From an uncultured Gammaproteobacteria bacterium (GTDB taxonomy: Bacteria > Patescibacteriota > Microgenomatia > UBA12405): DNA of 32,555 nucleotides. This document shows, one piece after another, positions 6,951 to 16,297 of the stretch. The number at the start of each line of letters is the position of its first letter. Positions within the stretch are counted from its first letter, which is position 1. The DNA is taken from contig CAZSLG010000001.1 in the NCBI GenBank assembly GCA_964607745.1, positions 1-32,555 on the forward strand, in the 5' to 3' direction. Below the pieces are notes generated by a model, which saw nothing but the letters and a program-made list of their open reading frames with translations, ran no database searches and had not been told where the DNA came from. Made by a program: the position numbers and the translations under genes.

Positions 6951-8825
6951 ATGAAAAAAACTTTATTGATCTTGCTTTTAGTTTTTCTAATAAACTTTTT
7001 TTCGGGTTCATTATTTGCTATCACTCCAACTCCAACGCCCGATCCAGACGTCCAATCTTCATATACAATGGAATGTCTTTTACCCCCGGATAATGCAGGA
7101 ATAGCGACCAGGGAGATCCATGGTTCTGAATCACAACTAATTGCCGCAAAGCCGCCTCCATCGATCACGATGACCTTGAGTGGACAATGTTCGTCGGCTG
7201 AAGGATGTGATCTGGTCTTATGTACAACACCAAACAAAAGAGATCTGGCACTTAATCCATTAGCCGGTGGGCAAGGAGTTCCCAGATCGGGAGTGGATCA
7301 TTCAAGCGAACAATGCACAACAGGAAACTCGGAAAAAGACATTTATTATTTTGGCCAAGATTATACTCGGATAACGACTGCAACTTTAACAGCCCCAAGT
7401 TTGGTTGACAATCATATGAATCCCGGACCGGTTACCGATTTGGAAGTAATTTTAAATCACCCTGAACCGCATTCTTTTTACAGCTTTTATGCAGTTGGTA
7501 AAGCCGGTGGGATATTGCTTCCAACCGTCACAGGCGGAGTGGTCCCGTCAATTGCTGAAAATCGCACTCAACAACTTGGTACGATCAGCTCGGTATCGGC
7601 GCCACAGACAGGTCTAGCCACAGGTGAAGAGGGTAAATGCCAAACAATTTTTTGGGACCCGTATGGCCGGGTATTTGACGGAATATCCCTTGAACCGTTG
7701 AATAAAAATGAAGCAATGGTGACTTTATTAAATAAAGATACGACTGTAGTGGCAATTCCCGGCAATAATGTTAATCTTGATGTCTTGGGAAAATATAACA
7801 TTTTAATTGACAAGGATGGAGAATATAGGTTAAATGTTGTTCCGGCAACATCTCACCAATTTGCTGATTTTATTCCCGACTTACGATACAAAGATCTTTA
7901 CGAATCAATCTTTATGCCAAGCGATCCTGCCTTTTTCGAATCAATAAGCAAGCCAATAAGAATGGATGTGGCCTTGAAACCCGTCTCAACTCCGTATAGT
8001 CGGCAGATCGATGTTGTCCAAACCGATTATAAACAGGTTTGGGCCGGTGGGAAAAAATATATAAAGATTGAAATAAGAACGACACATCCGAGATCGATAT
8101 TCAAATTAATCATTAATGATATTATCGTCAAAGATAACGGGGAAGGGACGGCCCTCCCAACCACTGCCGATAAAAACGGCTATTGGAAAATAATGGTTCG
8201 TGATTATAAAGTTCTTTCCCAGAAAGGTTTTAGGGTTGAAATTTCAAAGAACCCTCAATATTATATGTTTGCCGGGAGCACAGGAAACAAGTTGATCATT
8301 GATTTTGATCCGATTCTCTCATATATCGAGGGATACACATATGATGACAACGGATTATTGCTTCCGAACACAAAAATCGAGGTCAGGTTGAAAATGAATG
8401 ACAGCGTGTTTTATGAAACCCGATCTGATGATCAGGGATTTTTTACGATCGACTCAGCCAATTTACATCCGATGGATTATTACCTTGTGTTCGTTGGTCC
8501 ATCAAATAGTCAATCTATTAAAAAAACAACGGCAAAATTTGTTATTGAGAATGCCACTTATTTAGATAAGGAAAAAATAAATCTATTTAAAGGGGAAAAA
8601 AATGGAAAACCGATAGTTAAAAATATTGAAAAAGTGCGAGATTATCCATCTACAAGTAGTATTCAACAAAGTGATTTAGAAAAAAAAATAGCCAATGCAA
8701 AAAAAACAAGATCAAAATTTAGCAGTTCTTTATTAATAGGTCTTTTCGGTTTAACAATGCTTATTCTCATAGTCGGAGCTATAATTGTATCCTTATTTTT
8801 CAGAAAACCTAAAACTACTTTTTGA
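6951..8825 (+). CDS. Secreted, C-terminally anchored surface protein, paralog 1 of 3, with beta-sandwich (CarboxypepD_reg / Cna-B-like) motifs
   Basis: Signal peptide MKKTLLILLLVFLINFFSGSLFA and a PT linker. Shared family motifs are QQLGT, C.T..WDPYGRVFD..SLEP, YNIL, and IEGYTYDDNG..LPN.K.EV......FYET.SDD.GFFTI. It ends in a C-terminal TM helix plus a basic tail. Confidence 0.75.
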   Translation: MKKTLLILLLVFLINFFSGSLFAITPTPTPDPDVQSSYTMECLLPPDNAGIATREIHGSESQLIAAKPPPSITMTLSGQCSSAEGCDLVLCTTPNKRDLALNPLAGGQGVPRSGVDHSSEQCTTGNSEKDIYYFGQDYTRITTATLTAPSLVDNHMNPGPVTDLEVILNHPEPHSFYSFYAVGKAGGILLPTVTGGVVPSIAENRTQQLGTISSVSAPQTGLATGEEGKCQTIFWDPYGRVFDGISLEPLNKNEAMVTLLNKDTTVVAIPGNNVNLDVLGKYNILIDKDGEYRLNVVPATSHQFADFIPDLRYKDLYESIFMPSDPAFFESISKPIRMDVALKPVSTPYSRQIDVVQTDYKQVWAGGKKYIKIEIRTTHPRSIFKLIINDIIVKDNGEGTALPTTADKNGYWKIMVRDYKVLSQKGFRVEISKNPQYYMFAGSTGNKLIIDFDPILSYIEGYTYDDNGLLLPNTKIEVRLKMNDSVFYETRSDDQGFFTIDSANLHPMDYYLVFVGPSNSQSIKKTTAKFVIENATYLDKEKINLFKGEKNGKPIVKNIEKVRDYPSTSSIQQSDLEKKIANAKKTRSKFSSSLLIGLFGLTMLILIVGAIIVSLFFRKPKTTF

Positions 8826-9087
8826 TCTCAAATAAAATAGAGGGAGCATCCGAAGACTCTTTTATTTCCAAATTTGAAGGATAGGTGAACTTCAGTCCCC
8901 ATTTTTTGCTTTTATAATCAAGATATTTAACTGGTGTTGGTGTGGGGGGGATTGGAGTTGGAGTAATACTTAATACATAATCAACAATCTTATTATTTTT
9001 TTCCACCTTTTGTCCGTACCTGACGCCAAGAATAAAAATCAGTACAAAAATGAGAAAAAAAATAAAAAAATAAGAAGTTTTTTTCAT
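8815..9087 (-). CDS. Small secreted or membrane-anchored protein with a PT linker
   Basis: 90-aa ORF with an ATG start. It has an N-terminal hydrophobic helix and TPTPIPPTPTP. It is convergent with the previous gene and overlaps it by 11 nt. Confidence 0.45.
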   Translation of the reverse strand: MKKTSYFFIFFLIFVLIFILGVRYGQKVEKNNKIVDYVLSITPTPIPPTPTPVKYLDYKSKKWGLKFTYPSNLEIKESSDAPSILFEIKK

Positions 9088-9104
9088 TATAAAATTATAC
9101 TATA

Positions 9105-11102
9105 ATGGAATCGACACTACTTATGAAGAAAATATTTTTTTCAATTGCCGTTTTTTTCTCTTTGTTATTTATTACCTATTATCTAGGATCTAAGATCTCT
9201 CTTGCCCAAACTCCACCTGAATCAGAAAATTTTTCCGACCGGGAATATGATCAAACCTGGAGCTGTGTCCATATGGAACAGAATGGGCAAGTTCAGTTAG
9301 AAAAAGCCGGTAGGTCAATACCTAAATCACCAATCAAGATGTCCGGGGTTTGTAATGATCCAATTAGCTGTGAAGTAGTCATATGTGCTTTGCCAACCGG
9401 CCCAAGAAGAAAGGAAGGAGAAGGAAGAAACAGAGAACCATGTCTTAGCGTTGGTATGGGAGGGGTCGGCATAAACGGAGAAAGACCTTAAGAAGACATT
9501 CCTTCATACTGTTATGATAAATGCTGGGTAAATAAAGATGAAAATATTTCCCCTGAACTAAAGCAATTTTTTGCCGGTGCAGTCAGTGCCCAAGCGGGAC
9601 CAGGGAGCAATATAAATACAAATAATGTTCTTGGTTATATGCCTTATATAACTTTTAACAGCGATCCAAATCTTAATTCTTTTCCATCAGGATCTTTTAG
9701 CAACATAGAAGGGGTTTTGCACAATGTTCACGGACACGCGGTTTATATGGTCTATGCGGCCCCAACAAACGGTATTGCTCCAACTATTACCTTATTATCA
9801 CCACTTCCAACGATAAAAAACGAAACAAATAATACTCAACAATTAGGGACACTTTCTTTTTCTTCAACGACCGTGCAGATCAGTGAAGGAGAGCCTCAAA
9901 TGTGCACGATTGTTTTATGGGATCCGTACGGAAGGGTTTTTGACGCCCAATCGCTTGAACCACTAGGCGAAAATGATGCAATTGTGACACTTCTTGATAA
10001 AAATGGTAATAGAGTAGAACTACCAACAAATGATGACATTTTGGATATTTTTGGACTCTATAATATCTTGGTTGTTAAAGATGACAGTTACAAATTAAAA
10101 GTAACACCAAAAACCAACCATCTTTTCGAATCGGTGAATGTTAATCCCTTGTATAAAGATTTATACGAATTTATTTACAAAGCCGGTGATCCGCCATTTT
10201 ACGAAAAGGCAAGTGACCCTAAACGGGTAGATATTCCCCTTAAACCGATTGGGACACCATATTCGCGACCGATCGAAATCGGCAGAATGGTTCAAAAAGA
10301 TATTAACACCGGGACTCAATTTATTATCAAAGTGACACACCCTTTGTCAAAGATAAAATTTATTAGCAACGGAAAAGTCCTCAAAGAAGATGGCTTTGGT
10401 AAAAAAATACCGGATGAAACTGATAAAAGCGGACTTTGGCAGGCGGTTATTAAAAAAAATTTACTGTCCCAATACGGTTACAGCATCGAAGTTTCAAAAA
10501 ATCCAAAATACTTTAAATCAGATACTTATATCAAAATAATTAGTCCGGATCCAAACCATATAACCATCGATGACACAGCAACTACGAGTGCAAATTCTTC
10601 TGTCGTGACAGGATATTTTAATCCATTACTCGAATATATTGAAGGCTATGCTTATAGCGATAGCCAAAAAATAATTCCCAATGCCAAGGTCAGTATAATC
10701 TTGAAGGCGGATAAAAGTATCTATTATCAAACAACAACCGACAGTAGCGGATTTTTTACCATCTATTCAAAGGACCTGCCATTCATGGATTATTATCTGA
10801 AATTTGAAGATCCCTTAACACAGGTAAAAATTACCCAAACGACCACACAGTTCATCAGAAGTAATAGTTCGTATCTCAAGTCTGAGGATTTAGACCTTAT
10901 GAGATCAACAAAAAATAACCAACCGATCATTAATCCGGCAACCGGCCAACTAAACGAAATAAGAAAGGAAAGAAATAATGTAACACCAACCGTTTCTACT
11001 AAAAAGGCCGTTAATTATTGGTCGTATATCATAATATTTTTTATTTTTTTCCTGATTTTAGGATCTATTGCAACGATTTTTTATATAAGAAAAACTCGGT
11101 AG
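9105..11102 (+). pseudogene. Surface protein paralog 2 of 3, interrupted by a single in-frame TAA at 9489-9491
   Basis: ORFs 9105-9491 and 9639-11102 are in the same frame. My translation of 9492-9638 (EDIPSYCYDKCWVNKDENISPELKQFFAGAVSAQAGPGSNINTNNVLGY) has no stop. The joined length of about 665 aa matches the paralogs. The likely real start is the MKKIFF signal peptide at 9123. Confidence 0.7.
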
Positions 11103-11131
11103 TTGACAGAAGTTTTATTTATTGTCATAAT
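11103..11131 (+). promoter_or_regulatory. Sigma70-like promoter TTGACA-N17-CATAAT, 12 nt before the ATG at 11144
   Basis: Read directly: TTGACAGAAGTTTTATTTATTGTCATAAT. Confidence 0.5.
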
Positions 11132-11143
11132 GATTTTATTATC

Positions 11144-13060
11144 ATGAAAAATATTTTTTTACGATCCTTTTGGTTGTTGTTGATTTTCTTAATTCTGGTT
11201 GGATCATCGATTGCCCAAGGTCGTGGAGGAGCTCCCCCTATCATGGATCAAGGGTCGACCCGGACCTGTCTTCACGGAAAACCAACCGGGCCTTTAAATC
11301 AACCAAATCGAGAAAAGATGATTTTGTCCGCCACCCTTAATCTAGACGGTCAATGCATCTCTTCCACGGGTTGTGAGGTATGGTTGCATAATAGCGGCAA
11401 TACAAATATAGATGTTAATGAACAAATTTTGGCGGACTGTAGAAATGGTAGTGATAGAAATTATTGTGACGATACTTCCCACGAAGAGGAAGAATTGGCG
11501 AGGGATGTCGATGTAAAGCCAGGGTGGACTCAGGTAACCGATTTCACCATATTATCGTCAAAACCAGGTAAAACAGAAATCGCTTTGAATAATAATAAAA
11601 ATGTTTTGGGGGAAGGAACGGCAACAACCGTTCCCAACGGCCAGGTAAACATCCAGGTTTCCGGCAGATATGCTGCTCACGTAAACTGGAGCTATTATGC
11701 AATCGGCGATGGTCAAGCTTTACCCGTTGCAATGGGGGCAGGAGAGGGAACTCCGATCGATGAGCAAAATCCTTCCCAGCAGTTGGGAACCATCGACGAT
11801 CCGGCGCCAACAATTAATGTTAATCAGGAAGGATTAAAAGAAGATTGCGTCACTTTTTATTGGGATCCGTATGGCCGGGTATTTGATACCCTATCACTTG
11901 AACCGATGTCAGGAGTTAGAGTAACCCTTCTTGATGGTCTAGGAAAACCAGCGGTGGTTGACGGTCCTTTCAATAATTATGATATTACTAAAGTTGACAA
12001 CGGAATTTATAATATTTTGGTTTCTAAAGAAGCCGATTATCAGCTAACGGTCGATTCGCCCATTACTCACTTATTCACAAGAAATACAAATCTTCATCCT
12101 AATTATTCAGCTATTTATTCCGATATCTATCTGCCCGGTGATATTTTTCATGAAGTACCGATTCCAAAAAATCCGCCAAAAGACTTTGACTATTCCAAAT
12201 ATCATCATGACATTCCGCTAGTTGCCAAAGGAAATCCCTACATTATGCCGGTCGAAGACGTTTTTATTCTTAAATCCTCGGTTATATCAACCGATATGGG
12301 GAGCTTTGTGGATTTCAAGGGAAGGGTGACTTTCCCGAGAGCCAAAATATGCCTGGTTGGGAAAGAAACGAAAAAGGTTTACGGAAACTGCGTCAATGCT
12401 GATAAATATGGCAGCTTTGTCATCAATATCGACAAAAATAAATTAACTCAGGAATATTTATTTATCGTTCCGGAAAAAATCGACCTGACTCAGCCGATCA
12501 TCAAATCAAATAATATTGATATTTCAAAAATTGATTTTAAGGATGATAAGCTCGTCGGCTATGAACCGATATTGAATTATGTTGAAGGATACGCATATGA
12601 TGATGAAGGCAAATCGATGCCAAAAGCAAAGATCACGGTCAAACTAAAGGACGGCAATGCTATTTTTTATACAACCACGGCTGATGATGCAGGCTTCTTC
12701 ACGATCTATGGAAAAAATCTTCCTTTCCCCGAGTATTATTTTGAAATTAGTTCCAACGAAGGTGGTCAACCAAAAATTATGACGACATCGGAATTCGTTA
12801 AAGTGAATAAATCATATCTTGATAATGAAGATCTTGATCTTATAAATTCAACAAAAAATAACCAGCCGATCATCAATCCAACCACCGGTCAGTTAAATAA
12901 AATTGACAAAAATATCAGTAATATTAATCAGAAAGGAAGCCCTTCAAATGCTATAAAAAACATAATTAACAGCAAATTCGTTCTTATATTGCTCATGCTT
13001 GCTTTACTTATTCCGATTACGGTAGGAATGTTTTTGCATATTAAAAACTCATCTAAGTAA
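11144..13060 (+). CDS. Surface protein paralog 3 of 3
   Basis: The start is moved from the track's 11018 to the ATG at 11144. That start gives the signal peptide MKNIFLRSFWLLLIFLILVGSSIAQG and removes the overlap with paralog 2. It has the same motifs (SQQLGT, CVTFYWDPYGRVFDTLSLEP, VEGYAYDDEG, GFFTIYGKNLPF, STKNNQPIINPTTGQLN) and a C-terminal TM helix. Confidence 0.78.
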   Translation: MKNIFLRSFWLLLIFLILVGSSIAQGRGGAPPIMDQGSTRTCLHGKPTGPLNQPNREKMILSATLNLDGQCISSTGCEVWLHNSGNTNIDVNEQILADCRNGSDRNYCDDTSHEEEELARDVDVKPGWTQVTDFTILSSKPGKTEIALNNNKNVLGEGTATTVPNGQVNIQVSGRYAAHVNWSYYAIGDGQALPVAMGAGEGTPIDEQNPSQQLGTIDDPAPTINVNQEGLKEDCVTFYWDPYGRVFDTLSLEPMSGVRVTLLDGLGKPAVVDGPFNNYDITKVDNGIYNILVSKEADYQLTVDSPITHLFTRNTNLHPNYSAIYSDIYLPGDIFHEVPIPKNPPKDFDYSKYHHDIPLVAKGNPYIMPVEDVFILKSSVISTDMGSFVDFKGRVTFPRAKICLVGKETKKVYGNCVNADKYGSFVINIDKNKLTQEYLFIVPEKIDLTQPIIKSNNIDISKIDFKDDKLVGYEPILNYVEGYAYDDEGKSMPKAKITVKLKDGNAIFYTTTADDAGFFTIYGKNLPFPEYYFEISSNEGGQPKIMTTSEFVKVNKSYLDNEDLDLINSTKNNQPIINPTTGQLNKIDKNISNINQKGSPSNAIKNIINSKFVLILLMLALLIPITVGMFLHIKNSSK

Positions 13061-13073
13061 TATTATATCTCCC

Positions 13074-13101
13074 TTGACAAACGGATTTACTTTTGTATAC
13101 T
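13074..13101 (+). promoter_or_regulatory. Near-consensus promoter TTGACA-N16-TATACT
   Basis: Read directly. It predicts a transcription start near 13108, about 240 nt upstream of the rho ATG. Confidence 0.55.
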
Positions 13102-13107
13102 GAATAC

Positions 13108-13285
13108 GGATCCTCCAAATAGGGAGATGAATTGAAATCTTTTTCTTTACGCAATTCATATCAAGGGATCCCGACTGAGTCGGGAAGAAATGATTTTCTT
13201 GATGAGAATACTCATCGGGAGGCATTTAACCCTTTTCTCACATAGGGAAAAAGACTAAAACACCCTTTTTACGGAGGATCTCTGG
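13108..13285 (+). ncRNA. Structured rho leader, or an independent small RNA of about 175 nt (unclassified)
   Basis: Closing helix: GATCCTCC (13109-13116) pairs with GGAGGATC (13273-13280), extended by AAATAGGG / CCCTTTTT. Internal hairpins are GATGAATTG/CAATTCAT (13126-13159), CCCGAC-TGA-GTCGGG (13170-13184) and GATGAG-AATA-CTCATC (13201-13216). I see no match to RNase P, SRP, tmRNA or a known riboswitch consensus. Confidence 0.3.
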
Positions 13286-13347
13286 TTCCTCAAGGAAGTT
13301 AAATTTATTTATTCTTAAATTACTTACAGAACGAACATTTTTGGTCT

Positions 13348-14682
13348 ATGGTAGCATTAAAAAAATCCCCTGCTAAGAGCAAGGTAGAAAACTTAAACGT
13401 CGATTCACCTCTTGATATGTCAAAATTGATCGCGGGAGTTGAATCCAAACCAATTATTCCAGTTGAAGAAAAGCCCTTAACAACCGTTAAACCGAACTTA
13501 CCAGTACAATCTGCTCAGCAAAGATATGATGTCCCGGTTGAAGAACGACTAAAAGAAGATTTGAAAATCAGCTATCAAGCCAAGGGAATTTTGGATATTA
13601 CCTTTGGTGGTTATGGGTTTTTAAGGCAGAACTATGTTCTTAGCCCGGACCAGGATATCTACGTTTCCACTTCCCAGATCCGGAGATTTTGGCTGAGACG
13701 GGGGGATGAGGTTGAGGGTTTAGCCCGTCCACCCAAAGCTGGAGAGCGGTTTCATTCCCTGCTTTTGATCAAAAAAATCAATGGCAAAGAAATGACCGAG
13801 GAACAAAGTGCTAAACGAAAAGATTTTGAAAAGCTAACTGCCCTACATCCGAATAAACAGATGAAGATGGAGACGACAAAGGATGTTTTATCAACAAGAA
13901 TAATTGATTTAATTGCACCGGTCGGTTTTGGTCAAAGAGCTTTAATTGTCTCCCAGCCAAAAGCCGGTAAAACTACCTTCTTAAAGGAAATTGCCGAAGC
14001 AATCGGAACAAACTATCCAAAAGCTTATTTAATGGCCATTTTAATCGGAGAGAGACCAGAGGAGGTCAATGAGATCAAACGATTTATCAAAGGAGAGGTA
14101 GCTGCCTCAAACTTCGATGAGTCGCCTCGCCAACAGATAAAGGTGGCCAATTTAGCCTTAGATCGGGCACGAAGATTAGTTGAAGTTGGATATGATGTAA
14201 TAATTTTATTGGATTCGGTTACCAGATTGGCTAGAGCCCTTAATTTGTCAGTAACTAACAGCGGACGCAGTCTTTCCGGCGGATTTGATCCATCGGCCTT
14301 GTATCCGGCTAAAAAATTTTTGGGAGCGGCCCGCAACTGTGAAGAAGGCGGGAGTTTGACAATCGTCGGGACGGCTTTGGTTGGAACGGAATCACGGATG
14401 GACGATTTGATCTATGAGGAATTAAAGGGTACCGGGAACATGGAGATCCATTTGGACCGCAAGTTTGCCGATCGAAGGATCTTTCCGGCCATCGATGCGG
14501 AAAAGTCCGGCACCCGTCACGAAGAGCTTTTATTTGATAAAGAAACGATGAACAAAGTCAATACACTAAGACGGATGCTCAATCTTCTAAATGGTGAAGA
14601 AAGATTGACGGCTTTGACGGAAAAGCTAACCAAAACAAAAAATAATCAGGAATTTTTGGACTCCTTAAGCAAAGGTGCGTAG
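13348..14682 (+). CDS. rho: Transcription termination factor Rho
   Basis: Matches to Rho: GYGFLR, YVS.SQIRRF.LR.GD.V.G, Walker A GQRALIVSQPKAGKTT, ILIGERPEEV, ASNFDESP, ILLDSVTRLARA, GGSLTI.GTALV.T.S.MDD.IYEE.KGTGNME, and RIFPAID...SGTR.EELL. Confidence 0.95.
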   Translation: MVALKKSPAKSKVENLNVDSPLDMSKLIAGVESKPIIPVEEKPLTTVKPNLPVQSAQQRYDVPVEERLKEDLKISYQAKGILDITFGGYGFLRQNYVLSPDQDIYVSTSQIRRFWLRRGDEVEGLARPPKAGERFHSLLLIKKINGKEMTEEQSAKRKDFEKLTALHPNKQMKMETTKDVLSTRIIDLIAPVGFGQRALIVSQPKAGKTTFLKEIAEAIGTNYPKAYLMAILIGERPEEVNEIKRFIKGEVAASNFDESPRQQIKVANLALDRARRLVEVGYDVIILLDSVTRLARALNLSVTNSGRSLSGGFDPSALYPAKKFLGAARNCEEGGSLTIVGTALVGTESRMDDLIYEELKGTGNMEIHLDRKFADRRIFPAIDAEKSGTRHEELLFDKETMNKVNTLRRMLNLLNGEERLTALTEKLTKTKNNQEFLDSLSKGA

Positions 14683-14832
14683 ATGATCTACTAATAATCT
14701 ACTTTGATATGGTATTTTTGGGAACTACAGGATTAAATAAAATCTTAAAGATTAAATATTAAAGGTTAAAGAAATATTAAACTTTTAAATATTAAAAACG
14801 TTTTTATGTTTAACTGTTTACTTTTCCTCTTG

Positions 14833-14898
14833 ACCACAGTATAACTCTTACCTCCTCCCGAGGGCTACGTCCTCGCGTTGGAGGGGCGAGTATACGTG
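14833..14898. repeat. Long imperfect palindrome in the rho/csoR-like intergenic region
   Basis: CCACAGTATAACTCTTACCTCC-TCC-CGAGG-GCTACGT-CCTCG-CGTT-GGAGGGGCGAGTATACGTGG forms nested stems. It is a GC-rich island in AT-rich spacer. It could act as a terminator for rho or be another element family. Confidence 0.5.
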
Positions 14899-14944
14899 GT
14901 CTTCGGGCAATTTAAGATAAAAATTGTATATTTTGAAATTGTCC

Positions 14945-14974
14945 TTGACATTCTAATCTCGCATACTCTATACT
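14945..14974 (+). promoter_or_regulatory. Promoter TTGACA-N18-TATACT, 10 nt before the ATG at 14985, overlapping the inverted repeat CATACT..N14..AGTATG
   Basis: Read directly. The inverted repeat at 14962-14987 is a candidate autoregulatory operator. Confidence 0.45.
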
Positions 14975-14984
14975 ACTACCTAGT

Positions 14985-15215
14985 ATGGAAGACACAAAGA
15001 AAAGGGTTAACAGAATTATTGGCCAGCTTCGGGGGATAGAGAAGATGTTAGGTAATAAACGAGAGTGCTCTGATGTTCTTCAACAGATCTCGGCCGTCAA
15101 AAAAGCTATTGACGGACTGTCCAAAGAAATAGTAATATCTGATATCTGTAAACTGATACCGAATGAGGATGCCAGTAAAATAGGGAAGATGGTGGAGAGA
15201 GCAATTAACTTGTGA
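14985..15215 (+). CDS. CsoR/RcnR/FrmR-family (DUF156) metal- or stress-sensing transcriptional repressor
   Basis: 76 aa. RVNRIIGQLRGIEKML....C.DVLQQISAVKKAIDGLSKEIV is the typical family helix pattern. The ligand is not assignable. Confidence 0.8.
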   Translation: MEDTKKRVNRIIGQLRGIEKMLGNKRECSDVLQQISAVKKAIDGLSKEIVISDICKLIPNEDASKIGKMVERAINL

Positions 15216-15252
15216 AAATAGCAATTAGACTTATTTGACCAATTAGTCCAAT

Positions 15253-16296
15253 ATGACTGAGAATGTAACTATTATTGGTGGTGGGCCGGCAGGACTATCT
15301 GCAGCGATTTATTTAGCCCGGGCCGACCTAAAACCTTTGGTATTTGCCGGATCACCTCCTGGCGGTCAATTAACCCTTACTTCAGAGGTGGAAAATTATC
15401 CGGGATTTGAATCAATTTTAGGTGCTGAACTGATCGAAAAAATGAGAAATCAAGCAAAGAAATTTGGAGCAAGGATAGTAGATGAGAATGTAATTAAAAT
15501 TGATTTTTCAAATAAGTCTAATGGGTCTCATAAGACTTATTTGACTAATAAGACATATAATTCAAAATCGGTCATCATCGCCACGGGCGCCAAAGCTTTA
15601 TGGTTAGGTCTTCCTTCTGAAACCCGATTACGCGGGAAAGGAGTGTCAGCATGTGCAACTTGTGACGGATTTTTTTTCCGTGAAAAAACGGTGGCTGTAA
15701 TTGGCGGAGGCGATACGGCCTTGGAAGAGGCTTTGACCTTGACAAAGTTCGCTAAGAAAGTATATATTATTCACCGACGGGATTTTTTTCGCGCGTCAAA
15801 GATAATGCAGGAACGGGTGGGGGTCGGTCACGCCCGACCCGTACAAAAAAATCCAAAAATTGAAATTATTTGGAATTCGGCAGTTGAGGAGATAATAGGG
15901 GAAAAACATGTTGAAGGAATTAAAATTAAAAACGTAGGGGTCGACCGTGGTCGACCCGAACAAGAAATCAAATTAGATGGCGTTTTCGTCGCGATTGGCC
16001 ACAAACCGGACACGAATTTATTTAAAGATAAGATAGAGCTTGATAGTAAGGGCTATATTTTAAATACAAAATATGTTGGAATTGAAAATTTGAACATTAA
16101 AAATTCAACGAAAATTGAAAATTTAAAATTAAAAATTCCGAAGTTTAATATTAATTACGGATCACAAACTTCGGTCCCCGGGGTTTTTGTTGCCGGTGAT
16201 TGTGCCGACCCATATTATCGCCAGGCAGTGACGGCGGCGGGGACGGGAGTTGAGGCAGCGCTGGAGGTAGAGAGATATTTGGAAAATGTAAAATGA
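15253..16296 (+). CDS. trxB: Thioredoxin-disulfide reductase carrying several in-frame palindromic or AT-rich insertions
   Basis: Matches to TrxB: IIGGGPAGLSAAIYLARA, GGQL..T.EVENYPGF, redox-active CATCDG, the second Rossmann motif VIGGGDTALEEA, HRRD.FRAS, FVAIGH.P.T, GVFVAGD and YRQAVTAAG.G. Extra segments are VGVGHARPVQ, VGVDRGRPEQ and KYVGIENLNIKNSTKIENLKLKIPKFNINYG. Confidence 0.93.
   Translation: MTENVTIIGGGPAGLSAAIYLARADLKPLVFAGSPPGGQLTLTSEVENYPGFESILGAELIEKMRNQAKKFGARIVDENVIKIDFSNKSNGSHKTYLTNKTYNSKSVIIATGAKALWLGLPSETRLRGKGVSACATCDGFFFREKTVAVIGGGDTALEEALTLTKFAKKVYIIHRRDFFRASKIMQERVGVGHARPVQKNPKIEIIWNSAVEEIIGEKHVEGIKIKNVGVDRGRPEQEIKLDGVFVAIGHKPDTNLFKDKIELDSKGYILNTKYVGIENLNIKNSTKIENLKLKIPKFNINYGSQTSVPGVFVAGDCADPYYRQAVTAAGTGVEAALEVERYLENVK
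15508..15544. repeat. Perfect 12-bp inverted repeat (family H) inside trxB
   Basis: TCAAATAAGTCT-N13-AGACTTATTTGA. It is related to the hairpin at 18848-18871 and a half-copy at 15227-15239. Translated as ..SNKSNGSHKTYLT.. Confidence 0.6.
15821..15844 (-). repeat. REP hairpin (GGGTCGG stem) in frame in trxB, with a degenerate head
   Basis: GGGTCGG-TCACGC-CCGACCC-GTAC. It is the same hairpin as 22200-22223 and 27356-27379 except that CTAC is replaced by GTAC. Confidence 0.8.
15934..15957 (+). repeat. REP hairpin, in frame in trxB
   Basis: GTAG-GGGTCGACC-GT-GGTCGACCC. Confidence 0.8.
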
Positions 16297-16297
16297 T

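Noticed and set aside
11018-11143. The upstream start given by the ORF track for paralog 3.
   Set aside because: It would overlap the end of paralog 2 and add a non-signal N-terminus. The ATG at 11144 gives a canonical signal peptide and follows a TTGACA-N17-CATAAT promoter.
13108-13285. Assignment of the structured RNA to 6S, SRP, RNase P, tmRNA or a named riboswitch.
   Set aside because: None of the conserved sequence signatures I know are present (for example GGAA/AGCA of SRP domain IV, or GAGGAAAGUCC of RNase P). It is kept only as an unclassified candidate.
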